Program-made: the position numbers and the translations under genes
Notes under the pieces: generated by a model
Told to the model about the DNA's origin: nothing
What the model saw: only the letters and a program-made list of their open reading frames with translations
The model's database searches: none
Part shown: positions 10,121 to 20,026 of the stretch, in pieces
Numbering within the stretch: position 1 is the stretch's first letter
Layout of the letters: every line of letters begins with the position of its first letter
Assembly (NCBI GenBank): GCA_905182125.1
Contig: CAJJAV010000003.1
Coordinates: 62,069-126,068 of the forward strand
Source of the DNA: an uncultured Candidatus Poseidoniales archaeon
Lineage (GTDB): Archaea > Thermoplasmatota > Poseidoniia > Poseidoniales > Poseidoniaceae
Direction: 5' to 3'
DNA: 64,000 nt

Positions 10121-11275
10121 TCAAGGGAACACTGGGCGCGAGGTTTTACCCGAGCCACGGTGACCAATCAATCGAACAGCTTGCCATGGCGGACTTGAGG
10201 CATCCTTGAGTGCCGGGTTGAACGCAGGACGAGCCACTTCCCGCCACGACCAGCGCTTTGACCACATGGACATCAATTCAGTCCTTCGCGCTGCGTCGCA
10301 TTCAATCCACGGTGTTACATCAGATTTTAATTCAGCCAGAACATCAAGGTGATTTTCCTCAGTGGCTCCGTTCAGAAGTTCTGATTGCTTTGCATCCATT
10401 GGAAGGGTCGCAGGTCGCGTCCAACGGGCGTGGCCAGAAGGAAGCCAAGTGAAATTCGGATCGGCATGATCGGTTAATCCGGTGAGGCCTGCTGCAAGCA
10501 ATTTATGTTCGATATCGGCCCTCGTAGGCCATACATAGACTGGAAAACCACCTTGTGCCATTTTGAGATGCTCCGCACCTTTTTCGCTCAACCCGACCTT
10601 TTTGCCAAGCGGTAGTTTGTTCATAGGGGGGACAAAATATTCGATGGCGCAAGGGATCATCGATGCTCCAGAAGAACGATGTCGCTCAACCAATCGAGCG
10701 AAGGAGTGCGTGACAAATTGAGGCAGGGCTCTGAGACGTTTGGTCTGTCGGTTTCCAAAAGGGGGAATATAGGGCAACAATTCAGCCCACGGGCGCGAAG
10801 TCGACGAGGCTTCAATCGAGGGACGCATACCGGTGTGAAAGGCATAGTAAACGCTGTTTTCTTTTGGCACCTCGAATTCATTGAGCAAAACATCTGCAGC
10901 ATCAATCAATTCAGTGACATGACGCTTATGGGCATGCCTTCCAAAAAAACCACCACCCTTGTCCGCCTTTGGGTGAGGTCGTTTCAATTCCACACAACCC
11001 ATCTTGCCGTGGTCTCGCCATTGTTCCAAGACCACGGAATCTTCCAGCAAGGAGCGAAACGAGCAGAAACCAAATGATTCAAGTTCATCGAGCGTGTAAT
11101 TTTCAACCCAAGGCTTCGGGGAGGTAAGTCGCTCTTTCGCGATGGAAACATCTTCATCATGATGGATGATCACCTCACCATCCTTTGTCAATCGAAGGTC
11201 AAATTCAATACCATCGTGGAATTGAATCGCGTGCCTCAAACTTTCGAGGGTGTTTTCGGGGGCTTGTTGCCACAT
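10121..11275 (-). CDS. glycerophosphodiester phosphodiesterase (GDPD), apparently circularly permuted
   Basis: APENTLES, GIEFDLRLTKDG..IIHHD and VELK lie near the N-terminus; the LIGHRG motif is at the extreme C-terminus. Confidence 0.8.
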   Translation of the reverse strand: MWQQAPENTLESLRHAIQFHDGIEFDLRLTKDGEVIIHHDEDVSIAKERLTSPKPWVENYTLDELESFGFCSFRSLLEDSVVLEQWRDHGKMGCVELKRPHPKADKGGGFFGRHAHKRHVTELIDAADVLLNEFEVPKENSVYYAFHTGMRPSIEASSTSRPWAELLPYIPPFGNRQTKRLRALPQFVTHSFARLVERHRSSGASMIPCAIEYFVPPMNKLPLGKKVGLSEKGAEHLKMAQGGFPVYVWPTRADIEHKLLAAGLTGLTDHADPNFTWLPSGHARWTRPATLPMDAKQSELLNGATEENHLDVLAELKSDVTPWIECDAARRTELMSMWSKRWSWREVARPAFNPALKDASSPPWQAVRLIGHRGSGKTSRPVFP

Positions 11276-11406
11276 GGTCGTACCGTTTCAATGACAGGAC
11301 CCCTCCCCTTTGACCTCTTGCTCGGTTTCTGGTGCCTTTTGGTGAACCTGTCCCCCAGCGGTTCAAAGGTCAGAACGCATAAAGCAGGAGTCGATTTCCA
11401 CGGGGT

Positions 11407-12837
11407 ATGGACCCTTACGATATCATGCTGGGGCTCATTTTGATTTTGACACCTGTCATCTGTTGGTCATTCACACTTCATGACAAAGGTATGCGCACGC
11501 CATTGCGTTCTTGGGGAGAAGTCATCCATAACCAGCGATACTATTTGCACGCAATGGGCTACATTGTCATCATTCGTTGGAAGTCGATCACTGACAACCT
11601 GAATGAGCCCATAAAAATGGAGACAGGGCACTGGACTGCTTGGGTCTATGCCCTCGAGGGCGACTTGACACTCCACATTCAGAACATGTTTGCCAACGAA
11701 GCATTAACGTCCTTCCTCAATTTCCATTACCTGTTTATTTACCTGTTTTTGATTTACGTTACAACGGTGTATTTCGCTTACTCCGGGGACAGGGACATGA
11801 CGGACAAAGTGACCCTCAATTACCTGCTCATTTACGCCCTTGCCGTACCTTATTACCTCTTTTTCAACGTTGAAGTCACCTCTTCGTGGATCCCTGGAAT
11901 GGAAGCTTTGCTCTATCATGAAGGATGGTACAGCGTGTTTTATGCCTCACATGACCCATTGGACAATGCTGTGCCATCGTTGCACGTCGCCATTCCTTTT
12001 GGTATTATTTTGCTAAACTGGCTTCATGTTCGTGAGCAAGGTGGCACCATGAAAAATTGGCGTCATTATCGCTACCACGTGTTTGTTTGCGTGAACACTG
12101 TTTTGTTCATGTTCACCATCCTTTACCTTGGAATTCACTGGCTGGTTGACATCCCGCTCGGAATGCTTGTTGGTGGCATAGGCGCCTTGTTCATCCATCA
12201 CTTGCAACCAAGGCTTCGCAATGATCATGGCGGTTTCTTCAAAGGGTTCACATCACAGAAAATTCGAAGGCACGTGTTCATCGAAGGCGTCGTCACACTC
12301 ATTATGGTCACGATGATCTTGATGGCGGTCAATGTCCAAACCAATTCTGTTGATGAACGGGTATCATACCAACTTGGCCCGGAGGATTCGACCTATGAAA
12401 TCATTCAGAGGTTCTCCCCTGGCAGCAGCGTCGATACAACTGTCACCAACCTTCACAGCAACATCACCATCGAGGTCGTGGTCATCATTGTTGAATCTGC
12501 AACACCTGCGATGGAAAATGGAAGCATCGATTGGAGCATGATGAAATCCTTAGGAGAACATTATACCGTGGCTCCAAATTCTACTTTGACCCTCGAAATA
12601 GACGCTCCTAAGGTCTACAGTTTGGTCGTCATGCACAACCCGAGCGAGGGAGAGGATGATGTGGTTCAGGTTCGGGTGATCAATGATTACCACGAAGATG
12701 TGATGCTGCTTGCGATCCTCCTTTCACTCCCATCGCTTTGGATCACAGGCTTTGTGGTTCACCGTTTGCGCAGACTCAGCAAACATGGGAGGAGCCTCAT
12801 CGATTCCACCCCCTCTCACCTTTGGGAAAACGAATGA
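11407..12837 (+). CDS. PAP2-superfamily (Aur1/IPC-synthase-like, PAP2_3) membrane phosphoesterase/phosphotransferase with a C-terminal soluble domain
   Basis: NAVPSLHVA and LYLGIHWLVDI motifs in a multi-TM protein. Confidence 0.75.
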   Translation: MDPYDIMLGLILILTPVICWSFTLHDKGMRTPLRSWGEVIHNQRYYLHAMGYIVIIRWKSITDNLNEPIKMETGHWTAWVYALEGDLTLHIQNMFANEALTSFLNFHYLFIYLFLIYVTTVYFAYSGDRDMTDKVTLNYLLIYALAVPYYLFFNVEVTSSWIPGMEALLYHEGWYSVFYASHDPLDNAVPSLHVAIPFGIILLNWLHVREQGGTMKNWRHYRYHVFVCVNTVLFMFTILYLGIHWLVDIPLGMLVGGIGALFIHHLQPRLRNDHGGFFKGFTSQKIRRHVFIEGVVTLIMVTMILMAVNVQTNSVDERVSYQLGPEDSTYEIIQRFSPGSSVDTTVTNLHSNITIEVVVIIVESATPAMENGSIDWSMMKSLGEHYTVAPNSTLTLEIDAPKVYSLVVMHNPSEGEDDVVQVRVINDYHEDVMLLAILLSLPSLWITGFVVHRLRRLSKHGRSLIDSTPSHLWENE

Positions 12838-12882
12838 GTCCCACACGGTGTGTGTTATGAGGGCGTGGCACCTCCACACATC

Positions 12883-13695
12883 ATGGCCGGAGCAGAGGAT
12901 GTGGCCAGCACAGTCAACGAACTGTTCGAGAGCCCCGGCGGCAGACTGCTGCTCGATATCAAGGCACATTTACGACGGAGATTGAACTTCCTCCTCGTGG
13001 TATTCGGCCTGGTTTTTGTGGCTACATTCCCCCTTGCCTCATCCGTAATTTCATGGCTCATTTTACCCGAGCGCCTGCCGGATGACGTGAACATCATCGT
13101 CATCACGCCTGTTGAGTTCATTCTGCTGCAGGTGAAACTGGCGGCGTATTGCGCCGGCTTTACAGTCTTGACAATTCTGCTCACCGAAGGCGCATGGCGA
13201 GGCAGCAAAAACCCAGCGCTCAAGCAAAGGCTGGATGAACTGAAAGCAACTGCCCCTCGTCCATCACTGGCCATGCTGGCAACCCTGATCGGCGTTCTTG
13301 TTCTTGCGAGCCTCGGGATCACCTATGCGTGGAACCTCCTCATTCCGATGCTTTTGGAATACCTCACGAACGATGCACAAAGCGTCGGTCTTTCAACAGA
13401 ATGGCGCCTTTCGAGTTATGTTGGCTTTATCACCAATTTGGCTGTTGCTTCCGCCGTTGGGTTTCAAGCTCCGGTTGCAACCCTTCTTGTTCTTCGACTC
13501 GAAGTGGTTTCACGACGGGTTGTCCGAAGTTACCGCCGGCACATCTGGTTCACTGCTTTTGTACTCGGAGCATTGCTTTCTCCACCAGATCCGCTCTCAC
13601 TTTTCTTGGTCGCTATGCCGGTCATTGTGTTGTTTGAAGCGGCACTCATGCTCGACACCATCACCCGGAAAGGCAAGGCATCAGAGGCTCAATGA
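12883..13695 (+). CDS. tatC: twin-arginine translocase subunit TatC
   Basis: HLRRRL, TPVEF, GFQAPV, YRRH and LSPPDPLSLFLVAMP..LFE motifs. Confidence 0.85.
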   Translation: MAGAEDVASTVNELFESPGGRLLLDIKAHLRRRLNFLLVVFGLVFVATFPLASSVISWLILPERLPDDVNIIVITPVEFILLQVKLAAYCAGFTVLTILLTEGAWRGSKNPALKQRLDELKATAPRPSLAMLATLIGVLVLASLGITYAWNLLIPMLLEYLTNDAQSVGLSTEWRLSSYVGFITNLAVASAVGFQAPVATLLVLRLEVVSRRVVRSYRRHIWFTAFVLGALLSPPDPLSLFLVAMPVIVLFEAALMLDTITRKGKASEAQ

Positions 13696-14571
13696 AGGCG
13701 GCAGATCAGCAAGCGGGAGGGGCATGTTCCCGGGTGACTGCTGATATGATTGGCCATGGAAATCTGAACCACATGTGGAACTCATACCACCGTTCCGTAC
13801 TGCCATAAGCAAAGCGTGACGGTAAGGATCTGGATGGCTCCGGTGAAAACATTCGATGGCGTCAACACCCGCTGATTTGCAATACGTCACCAATGGCTCG
13901 ACCGGGACACCATAATAGATCGGGTGGGCCAATGAAACAAATCCACCGCTCGCATGAACTGCAGCTGTTGCTTCTTCGATGCTCGGTTTCTTTCGAACAA
14001 TCGCAAGAGGGCGACCGTCGCCTAGCCACTGGTCAAACACCTCTTGACGATCTGTTGCATAGCCTTGAGCAATCATTTCATCTGCGAGATGTGGGCGTCC
14101 GACAGAACCATCCGCTCGTGCAAGCACTGCCTTGATGTCGATGTTCAACCCATGTTGATTGGCAAGTGCTACCATCTGTTGCATGCGGGGTCCTCGACTT
14201 TCACCAAGCGGAGCAAGCCAATTGGCAAAGTCTGCTCGCTGTTGAGGTGAAAAGTTTGCACTTGGGAAATATGCGAGTAAATGCCATGATGTTGGCGCTC
14301 GATCTCGCCCCCACAAAGTCATCTCTTCCTCGACGATTGGAAGTCCTGGCTCACATGTGATTTCAACACCGGGAATAAAATCAATTCCTGCTTCAAGTGC
14401 TGCTTTTTTCGCTTGATCCCAACCAGCGATGGTGTCGTGGTCGGTCAGCGCCCAATGCTTGACTCCAGCAGCAGCCATCAACTTGGCCACGGTGTCGACT
14501 GAATGCTCGCCGTCACTGTTGGTGGAGTGGCTGTGCAAATCGAACGCATCAGACCACATTGTTTCTACCAT
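13681..14571 (-). CDS. PHP-domain phosphoesterase (YciV/TrpH family)
   Basis: DLHSHSTNSDG, ALTDHDT, GVEIT, HLLAY, GRPH, LAHP and GSDFHG motifs. Confidence 0.9.
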   Translation of the reverse strand: MVETMWSDAFDLHSHSTNSDGEHSVDTVAKLMAAAGVKHWALTDHDTIAGWDQAKKAALEAGIDFIPGVEITCEPGLPIVEEEMTLWGRDRAPTSWHLLAYFPSANFSPQQRADFANWLAPLGESRGPRMQQMVALANQHGLNIDIKAVLARADGSVGRPHLADEMIAQGYATDRQEVFDQWLGDGRPLAIVRKKPSIEEATAAVHASGGFVSLAHPIYYGVPVEPLVTYCKSAGVDAIECFHRSHPDPYRHALLMAVRNGGMSSTCGSDFHGQSYQQSPGNMPLPLADLPPSLSL

Positions 14572-14601
14572 GGAATCAACCCCTATTGACCTTCGCTTCT
14601 T

Positions 14602-15564
14602 TCAAAAAAGCCCATCGAGGTCCGGAAGGTCAGGTGTTGTGACGACAACAGGGACCTCTGCCGGCGTAGCAATGAGAAGATCATCGATGCTTGGAAGATC
14701 GGGTAAACCCGGGAGTGACGCTGCGGCTGGTTGAGGTTGTGCGTATGGTGAAGGCAACAAATCGCTTAAGTCTGGCATGGATGGAAGGGTGTTCGAAAGC
14801 TTTGGTTCTTGAGGATCATTGACTGGAGAACCACCAGATGGCAGAGGTATGTTGGCGAGGGGCGTCCGTGTATCAGTTGAGGCGAGTGACCCGATGCTTT
14901 GGGTGAACTGTCTGCCTTGATCGGTATGGACGTGTGGAGGTGGGTGCAGTGCTGCCTGTTCAGCAGCAGCGGCACCGTGGACTCCAGAAGTCAGTGAAGC
15001 AAGGGCTGAGGTGATCGACTCAGAACTGGGGGCTGGTGAAGGAGTTGGAATTGGAGCAGAGGTTGGTGATGCAGCAGCCATGAGTGCGGCCGTCACATTG
15101 AGAGCAGCGAGTGAATCGAATTCAGGTGGCTGCTGAACGGCCGCTTGTGGAACCGCGGGTTGAGGCGATGTTGTGATGCTTGAGGGGGCTGCTGCCGCCG
15201 TCATGAGTGAGGCCGTCACGTTGAGGGCGGCGAGCAAATCCAGTTCAGATGGCTGATGGACAGCCGCTTGTTGTTTCACAGGTTGTGAAGCGGTGGTGGT
15301 GCTGTATGGTGTTGGCGTGGAATCAAAGGCCTCATATTGCTCTTGAACGCTCGGGTGGTTCGGTAATTCTGGAACACTGCGCTCTCGTGATGCGAAAAAG
15401 GAAACGATGAAAAGAAGACCTGCCAGAACAAGACTCACAAATTCTTCAATGCTCCAACCGCTTGCAAAAGCCAAGTTCGACAACCCATTGATGACGGCAA
15501 AAGCGACGAATAAAGAGCCTGCAACGAGGGTTGCGCTAGAGAGACGTGGGGCTTTTTGTTCCAT
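14602..15564 (-). CDS. membrane-anchored Pro/Ala/Ser-rich low-complexity protein
   Basis: Two N-terminal TM segments, then a disordered region with an internal duplication; GAGGTGA SD upstream; follows folD by 9 bp. Confidence 0.7.
   Translation of the reverse strand: MEQKAPRLSSATLVAGSLFVAFAVINGLSNLAFASGWSIEEFVSLVLAGLLFIVSFFASRERSVPELPNHPSVQEQYEAFDSTPTPYSTTTASQPVKQQAAVHQPSELDLLAALNVTASLMTAAAAPSSITTSPQPAVPQAAVQQPPEFDSLAALNVTAALMAAASPTSAPIPTPSPAPSSESITSALASLTSGVHGAAAAEQAALHPPPHVHTDQGRQFTQSIGSLASTDTRTPLANIPLPSGGSPVNDPQEPKLSNTLPSMPDLSDLLPSPYAQPQPAAASLPGLPDLPSIDDLLIATPAEVPVVVTTPDLPDLDGLF
15068..15270. repeat. imperfect ~80-bp direct duplication within the CDS, 123 bp apart
   Basis: The two copies encode QAAVHQPSELDLLAALNVTASLMTAAA and QAAVQQPPEFDSLAALNVTAALMAAAS. 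Confidence 0.8.
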
Positions 15565-15573
15565 TCATTCACC

Positions 15574-16452
15574 TCACTGGGCCACGACGTGTTCTGCTGC
15601 TCGGACCGTGTTTTCCATCAGCATAGCGATGGTCATTGGACCGACGCCACCTGGAACAGGTGAAAGCCAAGCAGCCTTCTGTGCGACTTCGGGATGCACA
15701 TCGCCGGCCAATCGCCATCCTCGTTCTCGGGAATCATCATCAACACGGTTGATGCCGACATCAACCACCACCGCTCCAGATTTGATCCAATCTGCACGGA
15801 CCATCTCTGGGCGGCCAATTGCAGCCACCACAATGTCTGCTTGGGCACAGACTGCTTGGGCATTGTTAGTTCTTGAGTGGACGATCGTCACGGTCGCATC
15901 TGCACCTTTAGCGCCAAGCAAAAGCGCTTGTGGGTTTCCAACGATTCGAGAGCGACCAAGGACAACAGCTTGCTTGCCTGATAGATCAATTCCAGCCCAC
16001 TGGAGCATGCGCATCACGCCACTCGGCGTGCATGGAAGCATACCATCGAGACGCCCTTGGACCAACCGTCCCAAATTCTCGGGGTGGAATCCGTCAACGT
16101 CCTTGCCTGGATGAATTAAATCGGTCAACGCTTCTTCATCCATGTGGGATGGGAGAGGAGATTGAACGAGAATACCATGCAGTGAGGTATCGTCGTTGAG
16201 CCTCTGAATGACTTCACGAACTTCGCTTTCAGTGGAGTCTTCCGGCAACGAAATGTGGGTGCTCTTGATGCCAAGCCGTTCACACGCTTTGACTTTGGAA
16301 TTCACATAGACATGGCTGGCAGGATCATCCCCGACAATCACGACGGACAAATGAGGTTCGACCCCTGCGGAACGGCAAGCGGAAATGCGGTCGTGAAGTT
16401 CGTCCTCCACGCTTGCAGCACAAGCTTTGCCGTCCAAGCGTTGTGCGACCAT
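15574..16452 (-). CDS. folD: bifunctional methylenetetrahydrofolate dehydrogenase/cyclohydrolase
   Basis: GDDPASHVYV..K, GILVQSPLP, KDVDGFHPEN, PCTP.G, GRSRIVG.P and SPVPGGVGPMT motifs; start placed at MVAQRLDGK. Confidence 0.95.
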   Translation of the reverse strand: MVAQRLDGKACAASVEDELHDRISACRSAGVEPHLSVVIVGDDPASHVYVNSKVKACERLGIKSTHISLPEDSTESEVREVIQRLNDDTSLHGILVQSPLPSHMDEEALTDLIHPGKDVDGFHPENLGRLVQGRLDGMLPCTPSGVMRMLQWAGIDLSGKQAVVLGRSRIVGNPQALLLGAKGADATVTIVHSRTNNAQAVCAQADIVVAAIGRPEMVRADWIKSGAVVVDVGINRVDDDSRERGWRLAGDVHPEVAQKAAWLSPVPGGVGPMTIAMLMENTVRAAEHVVAQ

Positions 16453-16611
16453 GCTTTGGCCAGCCGCTCTTCGAACTTGAGCGTTCGCTTCAGAGACCTT
16501 TGCCACCAGCGACACACTTCCCGCTATGAAGGGCTGGAAAAATAGAGATTCATCTTAGAACAGCATGTTTTGCTGGAGACAAAACAAGTTCACGGTCTTA
16601 TCGTTAAAAGG

Positions 16612-16684
16612 AGCCTGCGGAGGGACTCGAACCCCCGGCCTTCGGATTACAAATCCGATGCACTACCAGCTATGCTACACAGGC
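16612..16684 (-). tRNA. tRNA-Thr(UGU)
   Basis: The minus strand reads GCCTGTGTAGCATAGCTGGTAGTGCATCGGATTTGTAATCCGAAGGCCGGGGGTTCGAGTCCCTCCGCAGGCT: a full cloverleaf with anticodon TGT and U73; no complete CCA encoded. Confidence 0.95.
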
Positions 16685-16783
16685 GATGGTTCGGCCAAAG
16701 GCTAACCCTTGATGAATGAAACGGGTGTCCAACTTACAAAAATCAAGAGACAACTCAAAGAACACAGCCGCATTCGCCCTCTT

Positions 16784-18067
16784 ATGGACAACGATGCTGG
16801 TGCAGGTTTGCTCAATCCCTACGCACAGACAAAAGTGGGCAGTGATGCGATTTTTGCATGGTGGGCCCGCTACAAGGAAGCCATAGCCACCGGAGCTGAT
16901 GCAGTCAATGGGACCATTGGCGCGTTGCTCGAGGACGATGGATCCCTTGCCATCAACGCCGTTGTTGATGAAGCCGTCCGAAAGGCGCCACCGGTCGAAA
17001 TTGCAGCCTATGCCCCGCTCAAGGGGTTGCCAGCGTTCCTCGATCTCGCCAAAACGTTGGCCCTCGGTGATCGGCGAAGTGACCTCGAAGCCATGGGCAT
17101 CTCCACAACCGCCACGGCGTCTGCTGGTGGCTCTGGCGCTCTGTACCTCGCCGCTAACAATTTTGCAAACCGAGGCGATCATGTTCTCTTGCGTGACCGA
17201 CATTGGGGGCCCTACAAAGGATTCCTCTCAGGATGCGATCTCAAAACTCTGACCTATCCGCTGCTTCCAACCTATGACTCACCTCATCCATACCTCGACC
17301 TTCAAGGATTCAAAGAGCAACTTTCGGTCTTGTGCACATCCCAAGATAAAGTGATGATGTGGATCAATGATCCAGCACACAACCCAACCGGCCTGTCCCT
17401 CACCCCTGGTGGGCGAATGGCCATGTTGGAAGCCGTGATGGAAAGTGCTTCGGTGAACGAAAATGTTGGGCACACATTGCTCCTCGATGTCGCCTATCAT
17501 CTGTATGCAGATGAACCTCATGGTTGGGCTGAAACATTGTATGAAGCAATGAATGAGGGGTGGCCATGGCCAGAAAACTTGCTCATCACTTTTGCTCTTT
17601 CACTCTCGAAGTCGCATACCATGTACGGTTTGCGAACCGGCGCGTTGGTCAGCCTTCATCCCGATGAAACAGTCACTGAACGCATCGATACGGTGATGGG
17701 TGTCACGGGCCGGCAGACATGGTCTGCAGCGCCACGTGTATCGCAATACACCGTCAGTGAGATGCACGCATCTGACGAAGGTGGTGCAGCATGGAGCAAA
17801 GAACGAGATCGCCTACAAGCCCTGCTTGTTGAACGACGCAGTGCCCTCATCAAGGCGTGCGATGAACTCAATGTGCCCCTCAATCCGACACACGATGGAT
17901 TCTTTGCTTGGCTTGAACATGAAAATCCATCTGCAATCGCAGAGGCTTGCGCTGAGCAACACGTCTACTTGGTCCCACTCACCGGGGGGGTACGTATTGG
18001 ATTGTGTGCCGTGCCAATTGAGCAAATTCCAAAGGTCGCACAGGCGTTAGCCAACGCACTTGAATGA
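16784..18067 (+). CDS. class I/II PLP aminotransferase (aspartate/aromatic type)
   Basis: NGTIG, GGSGAL, DPAHNPTG, LDVAY and SLSKSHTMYGLRTG motifs; start moved to MDNDAG. Confidence 0.85.
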   Translation: MDNDAGAGLLNPYAQTKVGSDAIFAWWARYKEAIATGADAVNGTIGALLEDDGSLAINAVVDEAVRKAPPVEIAAYAPLKGLPAFLDLAKTLALGDRRSDLEAMGISTTATASAGGSGALYLAANNFANRGDHVLLRDRHWGPYKGFLSGCDLKTLTYPLLPTYDSPHPYLDLQGFKEQLSVLCTSQDKVMMWINDPAHNPTGLSLTPGGRMAMLEAVMESASVNENVGHTLLLDVAYHLYADEPHGWAETLYEAMNEGWPWPENLLITFALSLSKSHTMYGLRTGALVSLHPDETVTERIDTVMGVTGRQTWSAAPRVSQYTVSEMHASDEGGAAWSKERDRLQALLVERRSALIKACDELNVPLNPTHDGFFAWLEHENPSAIAEACAEQHVYLVPLTGGVRIGLCAVPIEQIPKVAQALANALE

Positions 18068-18076
18068 GGGGATTCA

Positions 18077-18454
18077 ATGCTTAAAAACGGCAGAGAAAAT
18101 TTCCTGATTGGCAGTCTAATCTGCCTTGTCACTGGGGCATTTTTCACCGTTGGAGGCATTTATTCAATCGGTTCGACCATCGGTGTGTGCGGCGTTGTTC
18201 TTTTTGTCGTCGGCATGTCGATGCCTACGCAAAGGGGCATGACACCCGAAGACGTAGCAAACTGGCTCCCTACCGCTGAACAACTGCCTGATGCTGGACG
18301 CGTCATGTACCGTGTCGACGTCACCCTTGACGAACCAAAGAAATCATCCATCTTGTGTGGACCGTGCGGCACAGTGACGCTTGTGGATGGTGAGAAACCA
18401 ACCACGTTTGTTTGCCCTTCGTGTGCCTCAGCGCTTTGGGATGAAGAAGAATAA
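18077..18454 (+). CDS. small membrane protein with a C-terminal Zn ribbon
   Basis: Two TM helices, then CGPC...CPSC; GAGGGG upstream of the ATG. Confidence 0.7.
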   Translation: MLKNGRENFLIGSLICLVTGAFFTVGGIYSIGSTIGVCGVVLFVVGMSMPTQRGMTPEDVANWLPTAEQLPDAGRVMYRVDVTLDEPKKSSILCGPCGTVTLVDGEKPTTFVCPSCASALWDEEE

Positions 18455-18541
18455 GCGGATGCAGCCTCGACCTCATGAACCTGCAATATTGGGCAATGGA
18501 CAGGGACAGATTTGAAGGGCGTTGGGCGCCCCGAGAGAACC

Positions 18542-20026
18542 ATGGACGCACCATCATTGCTGAACCCTGAGCGGAGAATGCTCAAAGCAATGCAAACGGA
18601 TGTCGGACGAACATGGAGTTTAAACGAGGTCCTCAAAGCCTGCAACTGGACTGACCAAGCTGTTGCTGCGGCTGCCGGTCACGGCTTGACCAACCACGGG
18701 ATGGTGGAAACCATGGAACATGTGGTTCGAACGGTAAAGGCTGCATCAGAAGGCCTCAAAGCAGCGCAAGAGGGACTCCTTGAACAGCGCCTCTGGAGTT
18801 GGATTCAATCCACAGAGTCGGCATCGATGGCTGACCTTCAGTCTGCCTTTGAACGTCATGAAGCCGGCCCAGGTGTTGGTTTGCTCAAACGCCTTGGCGT
18901 TCTGTTAATCGATGGTACATTTCAATCCGATGACCCAGAACATGTCGGACGGGAAATCGAACAGCGGGCCACCTTCATCAGGGGCTTACCGTGTTCAATC
19001 GAAACGGCAGACTCAACAATGCTGGAGCACTTCAAATCACGTCGAGGCCTTATCGAAATTGCGGAACAAACAACGCGCACTTGGTCGTTAACCGAAGCTG
19101 GTGCACACCTCGGTGGCGAACATCTTGAAGAAAAAGAGGCCGTTTCCGAAATCACCACAGAATTGCTTCAATCAGAAGCATGGAAAGATGCTGAATTCCG
19201 TTCATTCGACGTCACATTAGAGTCTGCAAGCCCACGAACGGGCCGCAGCCACCCAATGCAAGCACTGATCGAACGAGTTCGTGCGATTTTCTTAGAGATG
19301 GGATTCTCAGAACTGGTCGATGATTATGTCCAAACAGCAGGTTGGAACATGGATGCATTGTTCATACCCCAAGACCACCCTGCTCGAGAGATGCAGGATA
19401 CATTCTACCTCGAAAACCCAGCCTCACTGCCTCTTCCTGCAGATTTGGTCAAGGCCTGGGGCGACATTCACGAGCATGGTGGAGTGACGGGCTCCGTCGG
19501 ATGGGGTGGTGCTTTTTCCAAGGCGACTTCTGAAAAGGGCCTCCTTCGAACGCATACGACGGTCAACACCATCCAATACCTCGCAGCCCACCCAGACGAA
19601 GCTTGCCGAGTGTTTTCAGTCGACCGTGTTTTCAGAAAAGAAGCCATCGATCGAACTCACCTGCCAGAATTCCATCAGATTGAAGGCATCATTATGGAAG
19701 AGGGAGCCAACCTCCAGATGCTCGTCACGACCATGAAGACATTCTATGCCAAGATGGGCTGTCCAGAAGTCAGGGTGCGTCCAGCCTATTTCCCATACAC
19801 AGAACCAAGCCTCGAAATTGAAGTAAAATGGCGTGGTAAGTGGCTGGAATTAGGTGGGGCAGGTATCTTTCGACCTGAAGTCACCGAACCGCTTGGGATC
19901 TCAACCCCGGTGTTGGCATGGGGCATGGGACTTGAGCGATTGGCAATGCTGGTCCTCGGTCTCGATGATATCCGTCAACTCTACATCTCGGACCTCGAAT
20001 GGCTACGAAATCAACCTATTCTGTGA
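18542..20026 (+). CDS. pheS: phenylalanine--tRNA ligase alpha subunit (long archaeal form)
   Basis: HPAREMQDTFY, LLRTHTT, FRKEAIDRTHLPEFHQIEG, YFPYTEPS and AWGMGLERL motifs; N-terminal extension. Confidence 0.97.
   Translation: MDAPSLLNPERRMLKAMQTDVGRTWSLNEVLKACNWTDQAVAAAAGHGLTNHGMVETMEHVVRTVKAASEGLKAAQEGLLEQRLWSWIQSTESASMADLQSAFERHEAGPGVGLLKRLGVLLIDGTFQSDDPEHVGREIEQRATFIRGLPCSIETADSTMLEHFKSRRGLIEIAEQTTRTWSLTEAGAHLGGEHLEEKEAVSEITTELLQSEAWKDAEFRSFDVTLESASPRTGRSHPMQALIERVRAIFLEMGFSELVDDYVQTAGWNMDALFIPQDHPAREMQDTFYLENPASLPLPADLVKAWGDIHEHGGVTGSVGWGGAFSKATSEKGLLRTHTTVNTIQYLAAHPDEACRVFSVDRVFRKEAIDRTHLPEFHQIEGIIMEEGANLQMLVTTMKTFYAKMGCPEVRVRPAYFPYTEPSLEIEVKWRGKWLELGGAGIFRPEVTEPLGISTPVLAWGMGLERLAMLVLGLDDIRQLYISDLEWLRNQPIL

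Noticed and set aside
1309-12837. Sphingolipid-like pathway (alpha-oxoamine synthase plus IPC-synthase-like PAP2)
   Set aside because: The genes are 9 kb apart and unlinked, and the synthase looks like Kbl/BioF; nothing specifically indicates serine palmitoyltransferase.
15407-16114. Long antisense ORFs (this one opposite folD; also 22754-23434 and 40468-41199)
   Set aside because: They are shadows of well-supported genes on the other strand and have no recognisable motifs.
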